A DNA stretch of 64,000 nucleotides. Source: Eledone cirrhosa (Eukaryota). The DNA lies in assembly GCA_964016885.1 (NCBI GenBank), contig OZ024751.1, forward strand, positions 41,106,001-41,170,000. Direction: 5' to 3'. The notes under the pieces are model-generated. The model saw only the letters and a program-made list of their open reading frames with translations, had not been told where the DNA came from and searched no databases. The translations under genes and the position numbers were made by a program. This document shows, one piece after another, positions 37,559 to 50,054 of the stretch (its first letter is position 1; every line of letters starts with the position of its first letter).

Positions 37559-40500
37559 ATGGAAAACAAGAGTAAGTAAACAAAATTCTGTTGCTAATGC
37601 CGCAATAGCTACAACTTTAACTGTGTCTTTATTTTTTGTTATGTCTGTCTTACTGTGTCTTTTAAAATACCATTTCAGATGTTAAACATTATTTATTTCC
37701 TAGATGTACAGATAGCAAGAGTTATATTAAGGAAAACGTTAAGAAATAGATATTTAAAACAAATAAAAACATGGTATTAGTAACCACAATAGACTTGAAA
37801 ATCACCAAATTAAAATATATTGTCGCATTTAATAGGTTAATTTCGTGTGTTCCTCTCATATATATATATATAGATCCAGAAATAGTCGTTGAAACGGCTT
37901 GAGCTCTGCCGTCGGGGTCTTCAACATTTTCCTATATATATATGAAGCGATTCAAACTGAAACTTCGAAGTCACTGACAACTTTCTGCTTAGAAAATTTA
38001 TTTCTACGTTCTATTCACTAGTATTGAGTACTATTTCAGTTAATGTTTGAATATTTCAAATACCACCGTATTTTAAACACACTCCAATAAGTTCGTAACC
38101 TCGATTTTTTCTTCTAATATATATACACACACACACACATATATATATATATACACACACACACATATATATATATATACTTGGGAGGGTCATATTGTTG
38201 TAATAATAATAATATTGCCAGAAATAATAACAGAACACACTCACTGTTTGGTTGGTTTTCGCTTCTGTATCTTTTATACCTCCATAGTTATAAATATATA
38301 TATATTTATATTTAATTAGGAAGTGAACTACACAAAATATATCTACTTCATAACGAAAGGTTTCTGAATCCCAAACAATATTAATATATGTCTGGATCGG
38401 TCATCAGACATGGAGTAGTTATATTTTGTGTTGTTCACTTTCTAATTAAATAGCTCTGTTCTATACATAGAGCACTCTTTTTTCCTTTGCTTTTTCTTCG
38501 GAATTACCTAACACACACGCACGCACACACACACACACACATATATATATGTAAAAGGTAAACAGAAATAACAACACAATCGGTACAGTATATGGAAGGG
38601 ATATATTAGGTTAAGAGGGTCTTAACGTTTTGGACGCTAGTCCTTCGTCAGAAGAAAGAATGAGAAATAAGATAGATTGAGGGGACGGGCAGGTTGGAAT
38701 TTGAAAAAATAACAGGTCCATTGATGTTGACATCTCAAGTTAGTATAGTTAATACGAAGCATTGTGAGATATGTAATAATTGACTGATAAGTTTCAGAAA
38801 GCCGGTACACCATCATCATCATCATCGTATTTAAGAAATAAGATGTAACTTGTGAACTATGATGTTAGGTTTGTAGAAACAAGTACCATCCAGTTATCTT
38901 TTGAATTTAAATTTTTGTTTTATTTCATTATCATTTTTTTTGTCTTTGTAGAAAGCTAACTGTTTAGATGAGAAATCATAGATTGGACCACCTCCTAACT
39001 CTATTGATGTTGTGTTTAATCTCTCCCATTTTTCCAAGTTGAAGGTAGGTTATTTGATTTATTTCAGTAATATCTTACCTTCTTCACTTCCCTATCAAAC
39101 TTTCATATACTTGATGGTTATAAGAGGAATCACATGTGGTGTGCAAGAGAGAAGACTGTGCTGGTTTCGACATGTGATGTGTATGGATGAAGAATGCTGG
39201 GAGAAGAAGGTGTGAGGTGTTGCCAGAGTCTGACCAAGAAAAACGCGGGCAGAAGTGATTAGAGCTGATCTCAAAATACTGAAACTTACAAAAGAAATGA
39301 TAAAGACACCTGTCCAAGCATGACAAAACACATCCAGTCTACCTTGTAACGTGGTAGTGCTGGTGCTATGACAAAAAAGCATCCAGTCCACCCTGTAAGG
39401 TGGTAGTGTTGGTGCCATGACAAAAAGTTCCCACTCTACTCTGTAAGGTGGTGGTAGTGGTGCCATAACGAAACACACCAAGTCCACCCTGTAAGTCACA
39501 ACAAAAATTTTCGGTATTAATTATGAAAATAGTTATATTTTAACGTTTTTCTGTGCACTACATGAAAGTAGTTTTATTTCTTCTCTTGAACCTTTTCACA
39601 TTTATTTGTAGATAACATCAACAAGAATATGTCTAATAATGTATCGAATTGTCTAAACGACCTTAACGAGGATGTGCCTTCGTTTAAGCCTGCAACAGTT
39701 TGCACTACTCTCTCTTCGTCAGTCACCACCATTAATATTACAGACAACTCCATAACTAATGATGAAGAAGAAATTGCTTCCTGTAGTAAACTGTATTCTT
39801 CCTTCTTACAAAGACCAGTGACAGAATCCAAGTATGAAGCCTATGATAATCGCCCCATTCGATCTCTTGGTAAAAACTTTTACAAGACCTTTGCAGACTC
39901 TTCTTTCAGTTGTTCAACACCATTGTTATCAAGAAGTGAACCTGCTGTCTACTGGAGGAAGAAAGCTAAACAGTTTATGACTCAGGCTGCAAATCAGAAT
40001 GAGAATTTGAAGGAAAAGGCAAGAATAATAAAACTGATCTCATTACTGTATCTTCATTTAGGGCGGTAGATTAGCAGAAATGGTAGAGCGTCGGATAACA
40101 TACTTTGTGACATATAGATTCAGCCCTTTACGTTCTGAATTCAAACCAAATCCCACCCAGGTTAGCTTTGCCTTTCATCCTCATGGGGGGGGTTTAGGGG
40201 TTTATAAACTAAAGTACCAGTAATGCACTGGGGTCAATTTAATTGACTTCCCTTTCTCTTCCAATTACTTGCCTTGTGCCAGATGTAGACACAATTACTG
40301 TGTCTTCATTACAGGGTCAGATGATGTATGATAATCAGGACCCTATTCTACTTTTCTTATCTATGTTTCATAGCAACTACATTTTTATCCCGGGTCTTTA
40401 CTTTCTGAGTTCAAATCCCGACATGGTTAAAGGTATCTTTCATCCTTCTGAGGTCGATAAAATAAAGTACCAGTCAAGTACTGGGGTTGATATAATCATC

Positions 40501-40861
40501 TTTCCCTCTCCCCCAAAATTCCTGCCCTTGTGTCTATGTTAGAAATCAATAGTAATATAATAATTTAGGTATATAAATAAATATCATCATCATCATCATC
40601 ATCATCATCTTCGTTTAACGTCCATTTTCCACGCTAGCATGGGCTAGACGGGAGTTGCCCCACTTGAGGCAAGGTTGGTCGGGTGATCGTGTCTCGCTCA
40701 TATAGGACTATCTGGCAGGTTTTCTACGGCTAGATGCCCTTCCTAACACCAACCACATTTACAAATATATATATACTATAAAGTATGTCCATAGAATCAT
40801 TTGATAATATATATACACCATTTCCTCTCCCAATTAGCATACTCAACCACACAAAAAACCA

Positions 40862-40923
<62 letters not shown>

Positions 40924-43900
40924 GTGAGTTTTATTGTAGCACAATAAAGTAATGCAAATATCGGATAAGTAGCACTCAACAGTTTATAGGACTGGAGTAT
41001 AAATAATATAAAATCAAAAGATGGTTAAAAGAGTTCCATGTATTTTATTATGCGCATTTCAAAAACAAATATCATCATGGGATGATATTTGCGTTCTTAT
41101 CAGATAAAATAGGGAGACATGATATGAAGCTTAAAAAACACTTAAAAACACTGATTTTATATATATATATATATATACGCACACACAATAAGGATAATTG
41201 TGAAGGTCTGATGAAGATATTAAGAATTTTTTTTATACATAGAGCTGTGATACGTATTTCAATGGCACTCATGATTACGCGATGCTTCGATCACACAACC
41301 AGTAATGCCACATCATCAGACAACATTTATCTAATTGACTGTGAGCAGTTCATCTGCCCTTTTTTAACAGCTCTTGTTTTTTTCTGCTACTGGGGTTCCA
41401 CTTACCTCCCTCATCAGACCAGGGTCTGGTGAGGGAGCTAGTTTAGTTGCTGACCACTCAACCATGAAGCAGGTTGTATTGGGTTAAGGTAGCTAAAGGT
41501 TTATCTTGGAAGCTACATCAATGTTCATCACACCTTTAACTTAAACTCCCAGCTGTTTCTCCTTTCATATGTCATGACTAAAGAATTTTGTCCATTGCTC
41601 TACCGATTCTACCAATCCACCACACTTAATATATATTTAAATAACAACTCGAAGATATATAGGTGCAAAGGTTGTAACATTCCAATTGCCATTTGTTAAG
41701 ATTTGTTTCCTCTGGACCTTCTTTGGGGTCTCAGGACATGCAATCTTTGTTTGTCCATCCCATGCCTTCTAGGACATGTTGCAGCCCTATCAACAGTTTT
41801 CATAGCATTAGATGCAGACTGCAATATATTCTACAAACAGGACTTAAGGTGCAAGCATGGCTGTTTGGTTAAAAAGTTCATTTCACACCCATATAGTTTC
41901 AGGTTTGATCTCACAGTGTGACACCCTATTTTACATTGTGACTGGTATATAGTATCAGCAATTGGAAAAACCAATGGAAACATTGTTTCCTTGGTCCGAT
42001 CTGGCGAGTTCCACCCCACATGGTAAGTGGATGAGGTCTGGGATCTTATTGATTTCAATCATCATTATAACACATTTACTAATGATTTCAACATTATGAA
42101 TATATGTAATTATGTGTGTGTATAAAAATTGATAATTTTAATAAATCCCTCAAAATTCTTCAACTAATTAAAACTGAGTGTATTAACATTAGATATTCAA
42201 TGATGAAAGGGTTAAATATGATGTATCTTTTCAGGTAAAATCTAATAGAGTGACCATGGATAAGGCATCAGATATATCCACTAATACTCCAGGAAGATAT
42301 ACTTCAACATCTCAAATATGTATTTCGCATTTGTCAAACTGTGAGTAGTACTTAGTAGTTTATATTTTTTTAAATTAATATATATATGTATATATAATAT
42401 ACCTGTTTGCAATGTGTGATGCTGCATGGTAGTGAGACATGGACAGTGAATGTAGAGGATATGTGAAATCAGAAGAGAAATGAATTGAGCATGTTCTAAT
42501 ATATGTGCAAGGTTAAGAAGAGATGACTGCACTGGTATAGACATGTGATGTGTATGAATGATGATTGTTGTGTGAAGAAGTGCCAATAAATCCCAGTGGA
42601 AGGAAGCTGCAGTAGGTGAGCTGGGAAGACCTGGGTAAAAGCGGTGATAGCTGATCTCAAATCGCTGAAGTTGAAAGAGGAGATGACAAAGGACCACGAT
42701 AAATGGAGAGATGGTGTGCTGGAAAAGATATGTTCAACACATCAAGCATGGAAAAGCTGATGTAAAACAATAATTATATATTTCATCTATCTGTCACCCA
42801 CCTTGTGGATTGTTTCTCTGTTGGCCGCTCGTCTCTGTCCCCTGAGGCATTTTTGTCCATTGCTGTTTTTGACAGCATTTAGCTGTTTTTAACGGCTGTT
42901 CTAGCAGTGAGTTTTCTCAATTTTATATGAATTAGTATAATGATGATGATGATGAGAGAAAAGTGACGTAGAAAATATGAAACATAGTCTGACAGATAGT
43001 ATTAGCCATAGAAAGACTTCTACAAACACTGTTTCCTTGGTCCAATCTGACAGTCGGCTTATTTTTTCTTTTTGTATTTTGTCAGTGGATAATGCAGCTA
43101 CATGTATCCAGGCAGCATGGCGAGGTTATTATTGCCGGAACTTTCTATATCACGTCAAAAATGCTCAACTTGAGCTAAGGAATCAGAGGGCAGAGAAACA
43201 CATCAACAAGCTGAGTCGAGATTTACAACGGTAAGAATATAATTCCATTGTACCAACTTGAGGTAGCTTTTAAATTAAAGTGTTGTGTTTTTTATTATTT
43301 AGAAATAAATATTGGAAGATTTGAATAGAACCATGATATAAGTGAGAGGAATAGAACTAGGGATGAGTGTTGTGAAGAGAAATGTAATGAGATGGTTTGG
43401 TCATGTGTTGAGGAAGTATGAAAGTGACTAAGTGAGAAGAATAAATCCAGTTAGGAAAGTTGTGAAGAGAAATGTAATGAGATGGTTTGGTCATGTGTTG
43501 AGGTGGCATGAAAGTGTCTGTTACCTCACATGTCTCTCATAACCTGCAAATTGAAAACACCTGACATGGATAGTGTGGCTAATAAGCAGGAGGTTGCATT
43601 TTTACTAACCCTTTCATGACCGTATTTCTAATTAAATACACTCTATTTCAATTAATTAATGAAGAACTTTGAAGGATTTACTAAAATTATTAGTTATTTC
43701 ATTACTTAGATGGCAACATAATGTAAGGTTCTTAAATAAAATTGTTGGAAACCTTTAGAATGGGAGACTTTATTTCATAGACCCAGGACCGGTTTTTTTT
43801 CAGATTGGTAACTAATGGGTTAATGTTTGTTTTAACATTTCAGGCAGCAGATGCAGTGTAATGAGAAATCCAATCTACTGAAGCAACTTATACAAATTGT

Positions 43901-46900
43901 ACAAGTTTTATGTGATGAAGTAAGTTTTCTTATTTATCAGTTGACAGTTCAAAGGAAATAGATGAAAAGAAAACAAACCATTGTTGTTACAGTATTCTTC
44001 TTCTGAACTGTAGAAAGTAGAAATATGTATACAATCTGTGTACAAGTGGTAGTGCTGGTGCCACGATAAAATGCACCCAGTACACTATATAGTGGTAGTG
44101 CTGGTGCCACGATAAAATGCACCCAGTACACTCTATATAGTGGTAGTGCTGGTGCCACGATAAAATGCACCCAGTACACTATATAGTGGTAGTGCTGGTG
44201 CGATGATAAAATGCACCCAGTACACTCTATATAGTGGTAGTGCTGGTGCCACGATAAAATGCACCCAGTACACTCTATATAGTGGTAGTGCTGGTGCCAC
44301 GATAAAATGCACCCAGTACACTCTATATAGTGGTAGTGCTGGTGCCACGATAAAATGCACCCAGTACACTCTATATAGTGGTAGTGCTGGTGCCACGATA
44401 AAATGCACCCAGTGCACTCTATATAGTGGCAATGCTGGTACCACAATAAAATGCACCCAGTACACTCTGTAAAGTGGTTGACATTAAGAAGAGCAAAACA
44501 TATGTAAACAAAATTTACTCATCCTATTATATTTTAACTTTTATTGAAGCTAAGACAAGCCAGTGTTTTATACAAGGATAAAGTGTTGTGTCAACTGTTG
44601 GTTACAAACGTGTTCACTTAAATATTGTAAAGTCAAGTAGCTTAACTTCTTTATAAGTTTTTGTAATTTATTCCATGTTTGTTTCCAGTTCCATCAGAAG
44701 AACACATCATTAAATAGTTTTGGTGTTAACTATGATAAAGCTGCTACTACGAAATTCCAGTCAGAAATTGATAGCTTAAAGGAGTCTGTCAACACTCTTC
44801 AAAAACAAGTAAGGAAGATCCTAAAACGGATTCAAAAATATTTCTTTTATGGTTACAATTATATTTTTAACTTTGTCACAAAGAACTGTAAATCTTTGTA
44901 AATCATGTTATTAACCCATTAGCATTTAAACTGGCCATAAGTGGCCAGAACTCTCTCACCTCTTTCTATCGAAACCGGTCACAACTGGTTGCTTATACCA
45001 ACGTTAAGGTATTGTTCTCAAAATAAATAATGTCATCATCAAAATTTCGTAAATTCAATATATATTTACCACAAAACACAATAGTATTTACTAAAGGGTT
45101 AACCAATAATTAATAAAATTATTAACAATTTTAAATAGGGATTTTCCTTCCATCCACCTTGTATATATACAGGTGTCTCAAAAAAATGTATTCACACTTT
45201 AATTACCTGTACAGGAAATATTTATTAGAGTGCTGTTGAAGCCTGTATATATTTTTAGGGACACTCTGTATATGCCATATATTGAATATAAGCAGAGCTC
45301 TCTATTTTATGCCTGAGAAATGGGCAAAAGTACAAACCCCATTTATAAACCGAGGCAGCTAATAAACAAATTATGTTTAGATGGCGTATATAACCGACCC
45401 ACCCCACCCCACACACACACATTTAACCATAAATTTTTTGGGATCACATATTCCTTGGCTTATATTCGAGTGTATACAGTATATCATCATCATCATCATC
45501 ATCATCGTTTAACATCCATCTTCCACGCTAGCATGGGTTAGATGGGAATTGTCCCATTTGAGGTAAGATTAATCGGGTGACCGTGTCTCGCTCATATAGG
45601 ACTATCTGGCAGGTTTTCTATGGTTGGTTACCCTTCCTAACACCAACCACATTTGCATATATATATATGTATATGTGTGTGTGTGTCTGTGTGAGTATAA
45701 TACATAGCGATGTTACAGCATGAGAGATGATGCAGATTGTTTTTTTTTCTTTTTAATTTTAGGTAAACCAGCTTCATGACACACTTCACACATTCATGGC
45801 AGGCAGTTTCAAGTATTTTGAAAAACAGCATAAAGGTAATTTTATTGTAAAGTGGTTGGTGTTAGGAAGGACATCTAACCATAGAAACCATGCTGAAATG
45901 TTATCTATTCAACCCGTTACCAGCAACCAACATGTAGCCCCCATCAATCTGTTAATGATGATATGATAAATATATACCAATGTATATTTACCCAAACTCT
46001 TTGTGTGTATATGTTTGGACTTAGGAATAGTTGAATTTAACTGCTAAAGCAGATGTCGACTCCATTCCATAAGCTGTAGTGAAGGCAACGGATCTAGGGG
46101 CATACACACTCTGAATAAAAACTGATGTAGGGTGGAGAGGACTCTCAAGTGCAGTGAGACAACTTCTCCTCTAGTGCTGGTGGCATGAACAATGCACCCA
46201 GCCAACGCTGTAAAGTGGCTGGTGATAGGAAGAGCATCCAACCAGAAAAAAAAAATGTCCTGCCAAAAACTATGAAAAACATTCAAAGCATAACAAATAG
46301 AAATTGTAAGTGTTGCATGCATATATTGTATGATGTATTATTTTATGTGTGTGTTAGGGGGCATATACAAACATCATTTACTCATATTATTAACAACTAG
46401 CGGTGGATTGGCAGTATCGGTAGAGGCTCGGACGCCATGCTTTGACGCATAGAGTTACGGCCCTTGCCATTCTGAGTTCAAATCCCACCGAGAATAACTT
46501 TGCCTTTCATCCTTACAGGGTCGATAAAATAAAGTACCAGTAATGTACTGGGGTAATTGCTGGCCTTGTGCCAAAAGTAGAAACAATTAATAACAACTAG
46601 CTGAAGGTGACGTTGTCTTCTCCATCTTTCTCTCTCACACACACATACTCTCTCTCCCTCTCTCTCTAAACAAATGACGTTCTTTTTCTCTCTCTCTATC
46701 TATGTACTTCTCTTTCGCTTGGTGCTCACCATCTCTCTATATATAGATGAGGGCAACGTCATAACTTTCTATCTATCTACCTTTTTCTGTCGACTAAAAA
46801 ACACACAGCATTCCCTTTTCTCTCTCTATCTATGTACATATGTCTCACTTGCACACTCCGCCTCACCCCTGCCCTCTCTAACCCATTCAAGCATTGTGAA

Positions 46901-49427
46901 ATAGACATAAAACTGATGATGATGATGATAATAAATGTCGTAATCTTTCATTTATCAGATTCTCCAGAGATATTCTTGGAAAACAGTTCTCTTGTTTATT
47001 CTGGAAATGGGTTTCATGATGGTGTCTGGTGTAAGTACCCACCTATCCCTAACTCTTTCATTATCATATTTCAAATGAAAAACACTGTTTATGATTTTCA
47101 AATTATTTTGAAAATAATCGAGAATTTGGTGGGAGTTAGTAATTTGTCTTTATTACCAAGTTGGTTTTGGAATATAATTTAACAAAAGGTTCTTTTTTTA
47201 TGGCAGTTTTTAATCAAAATATGAACACTGTAAAACATAGTTTTGTATCACAAAATCCTGGGGTGTTTCACATGGTTTAGACGGGTTGTCATTAAATAGA
47301 CATTAAATGATGATGATGATATATAAATATACATACATACACACATACATATATACACACACACATGCATATATCATCATCGTCATCATTTGATATCTAC
47401 ATTTCCTGGTAGGAAGGGTTGGTTGTGTCATCAGCAGAAGGGGTTGGTACTCAAAGCAGAGAGCCAGGGTCCTGCATCATACCAGGTTCTCAGTCAGCAG
47501 AAGGGGTTGGTACTCAAAGCAGAGAGGCAGGATCCTGCATCATACCAGGTTCTCAGTCAGCAGAAGGGGTTGGTACTCAAAGCAGAGAGCCAGGGTCCTG
47601 CATCATACCAGGTTCTCAGTCAGCAGAAGGGGTTGGTACTCAAAGCAGAGAGCCAGGGTCCTGCATCATACCAGGTTCTCAGTCAGCAGAAGGGGTTGGT
47701 ACTCAAAGCAGAGAGGCAGGATCCTGCATCATACCAGGTTCTCAGTCAGCAGAAGGGGTTGGTACTCAAAGCAGAGAGCCAGGGTCCTGCATCATACCAG
47801 GTTCTCAGTCAGCAGAAGGGGTTGGTACTCAAAGCAGAGAGGCAGGATCCTGCATCATACTAGGTTCTCAGTCAGCAGAAGGGGTTGGTACTCAAAGCAA
47901 AGAGCAAAGATCCTGCATCATACCAGGTTCTCAGACAGATGCTTCTCTAGATTTGAATTGGAAAATTTAATTTGGTAAATTTTAAATAAATCACCCACTA
48001 AATTCTGTTTTTCTACTTGTAGCATACAAAATTCTCGATTGTGAAAGTAATAAAGAAAATGATTTAGTGAACTCAGATACTGAAGAACCATCCCAAGAAG
48101 TTGCCGACCCAAAAAACTTTTCTGTTGCATCAATATCTAAAAATTCTGTTGTTCTCTCATGGAATGTAGTAACTAGTGATGTTGAGGATTTAATGAGCAA
48201 TAAACTTTTAGGTAAGTTTACTGGGTTATTCTCTCACTTTTCAAAAAAAGAAAGTCTTTGAAAAGTAATAGCTCCAACAGAGGTAGGAGCTCCCTGAACT
48301 TTTTCTACTCTATTCTTATTCTAATTATAACACTTTCAGAGCAGCCTTTTCCTCTGCTAATTAGCCTGTCTAAGTAACAGAAGCTATCAACTACTCCTAC
48401 AGAACCTTCAATAGATTCAAAGACTTTTGTTCACCAAAAAAATAGTGCAAATCTGGAATTAGGTTTCTAGATTGTGTGTGAATGATACAACAAAACTAAT
48501 ATGGTATGTATGGCAAATAAATCCAAAGACTAGGAAAGATACTACATATTTTCAGTTCTTTTCTATTAAATCATTACAAGATGTTCAGAGTTAATGTTGC
48601 CCCAGCATTGGCTCAGCCGGATGGCTGGAACAGGTAAAAGAGTTAAACTAAAAGTAACCATTGGTTCTATAAACCTCTATAATTAGACAAAAAGATTAGT
48701 TAATTATGAGAATCGGATTGATTAAGAAACATTCCCTTTAGACACTCTAAATCTTCTTTTTCAGGTTACAAAATATATGTTAATGGTCAACCTATAGCTC
48801 TTGTGCATAGATCACATACTAGAATTACAGTATCAAACTTAAATCCACCATTATCCTACAAGTAGGTGAATCTTTAACAGAATTATTTTGTTTGTGTTTA
48901 ATTTAATAATTTCTTCTATTATTCTAACTATTTCTTTGGGCGGAGGTGGTGAAAGCTGACCTCAGATCGCTGAAGCTCACAGAGGAGATGATGAAGGGCC
49001 GTGACAAATGGAGAGATGCTGTGTTGAAAAGGACCCATCCCATCCTTGCAAGCAAGGAAAAGTGGACGTAAAGTGATGATGATGATATATATATATATAT
49101 ATATTAGGTATATATTATATATATATTTTATGTATATTTATCATATATATATATTTTATGTATATATAATATATATATTTTGTGTATATATTATATATAT
49201 ATTTTATGTATATTTATCATATATATATATTTTATGTATATATAATATATATATTTTGTGTATATATTATATATATATTTGATGTATATATTATATATAT
49301 GTTAGGTATTTCCAATGAAAAAGCAAAGATAACCTCTCTGTCTGATGAACGAGTTAATATTGTCTAGGGTCCTGAAACCTTTGGTAATGGGGTAATTATA
49401 CATTGTGTTGTTCATTTTATAATTAAA

Positions 49428-49473
<46 letters not shown>

Positions 49474-50018
49474 AGGCACATGGCTTAGTGGTTAGAGCAT
49501 TGGCCTTGCAATCGAAAGGTTGTGAGTGTTGTGTTGTTTCCTTGAGCAAGACACTTTATTTCACATTGCTCCAGTTTACTCAGCTGTAGAAATGAGATGA
49601 TAGGACTGGGGTCCCTATCATCCCACTGCAAAGTGGTTGTGGAGGTGCCACGGCAAAAAAGCACCCAGCACTCACTGTAAATGAGGTTGGTGTTAGGAAG
49701 GGCATCCAGCTGTAGAAATCAAGCCAGAATCAGTTCCCGTCCCACCCTTGCAAGCAGGGAAAAAGCAGACGTAAAATGAAATGATGAATATATATATGAC
49801 CAATGAGAATTAAGATTATTTCTGCTGACAACATTAAATTATTCCTAACAAGCTCATATGTCCCAAGGCTCTGATACAATCAACACCATAAACACAGAGC
49901 TGGCATATCTAAAAACTGACTAACTGCCTGATGAGGTCATAGCACTCAATAGCTATCATCGAAATATATATAGCAGTAAATAAAGGATTATGAGTTCATA
50001 CAATTGACTTATGTTTCG

Positions 50019-50054
<36 letters not shown>

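Noticed and set aside
37704-37772. Possible extra CEP97 exon (NVQIARVILRKTLRNRYLKQIKT)
   Set aside because: Weak donor, and it ends in phase 2, which is incompatible with the next exon.
38979-38981. TAG in the candidate LRR exon rescued by A-to-I editing
   Set aside because: The exon phases still would not fit exon 1 (phase 1) or the 39612 exon.
47431-47934. Regular repeats as a CRISPR array (also 44045-44478)
   Set aside because: No unique spacers, eukaryotic context, no cas genes.
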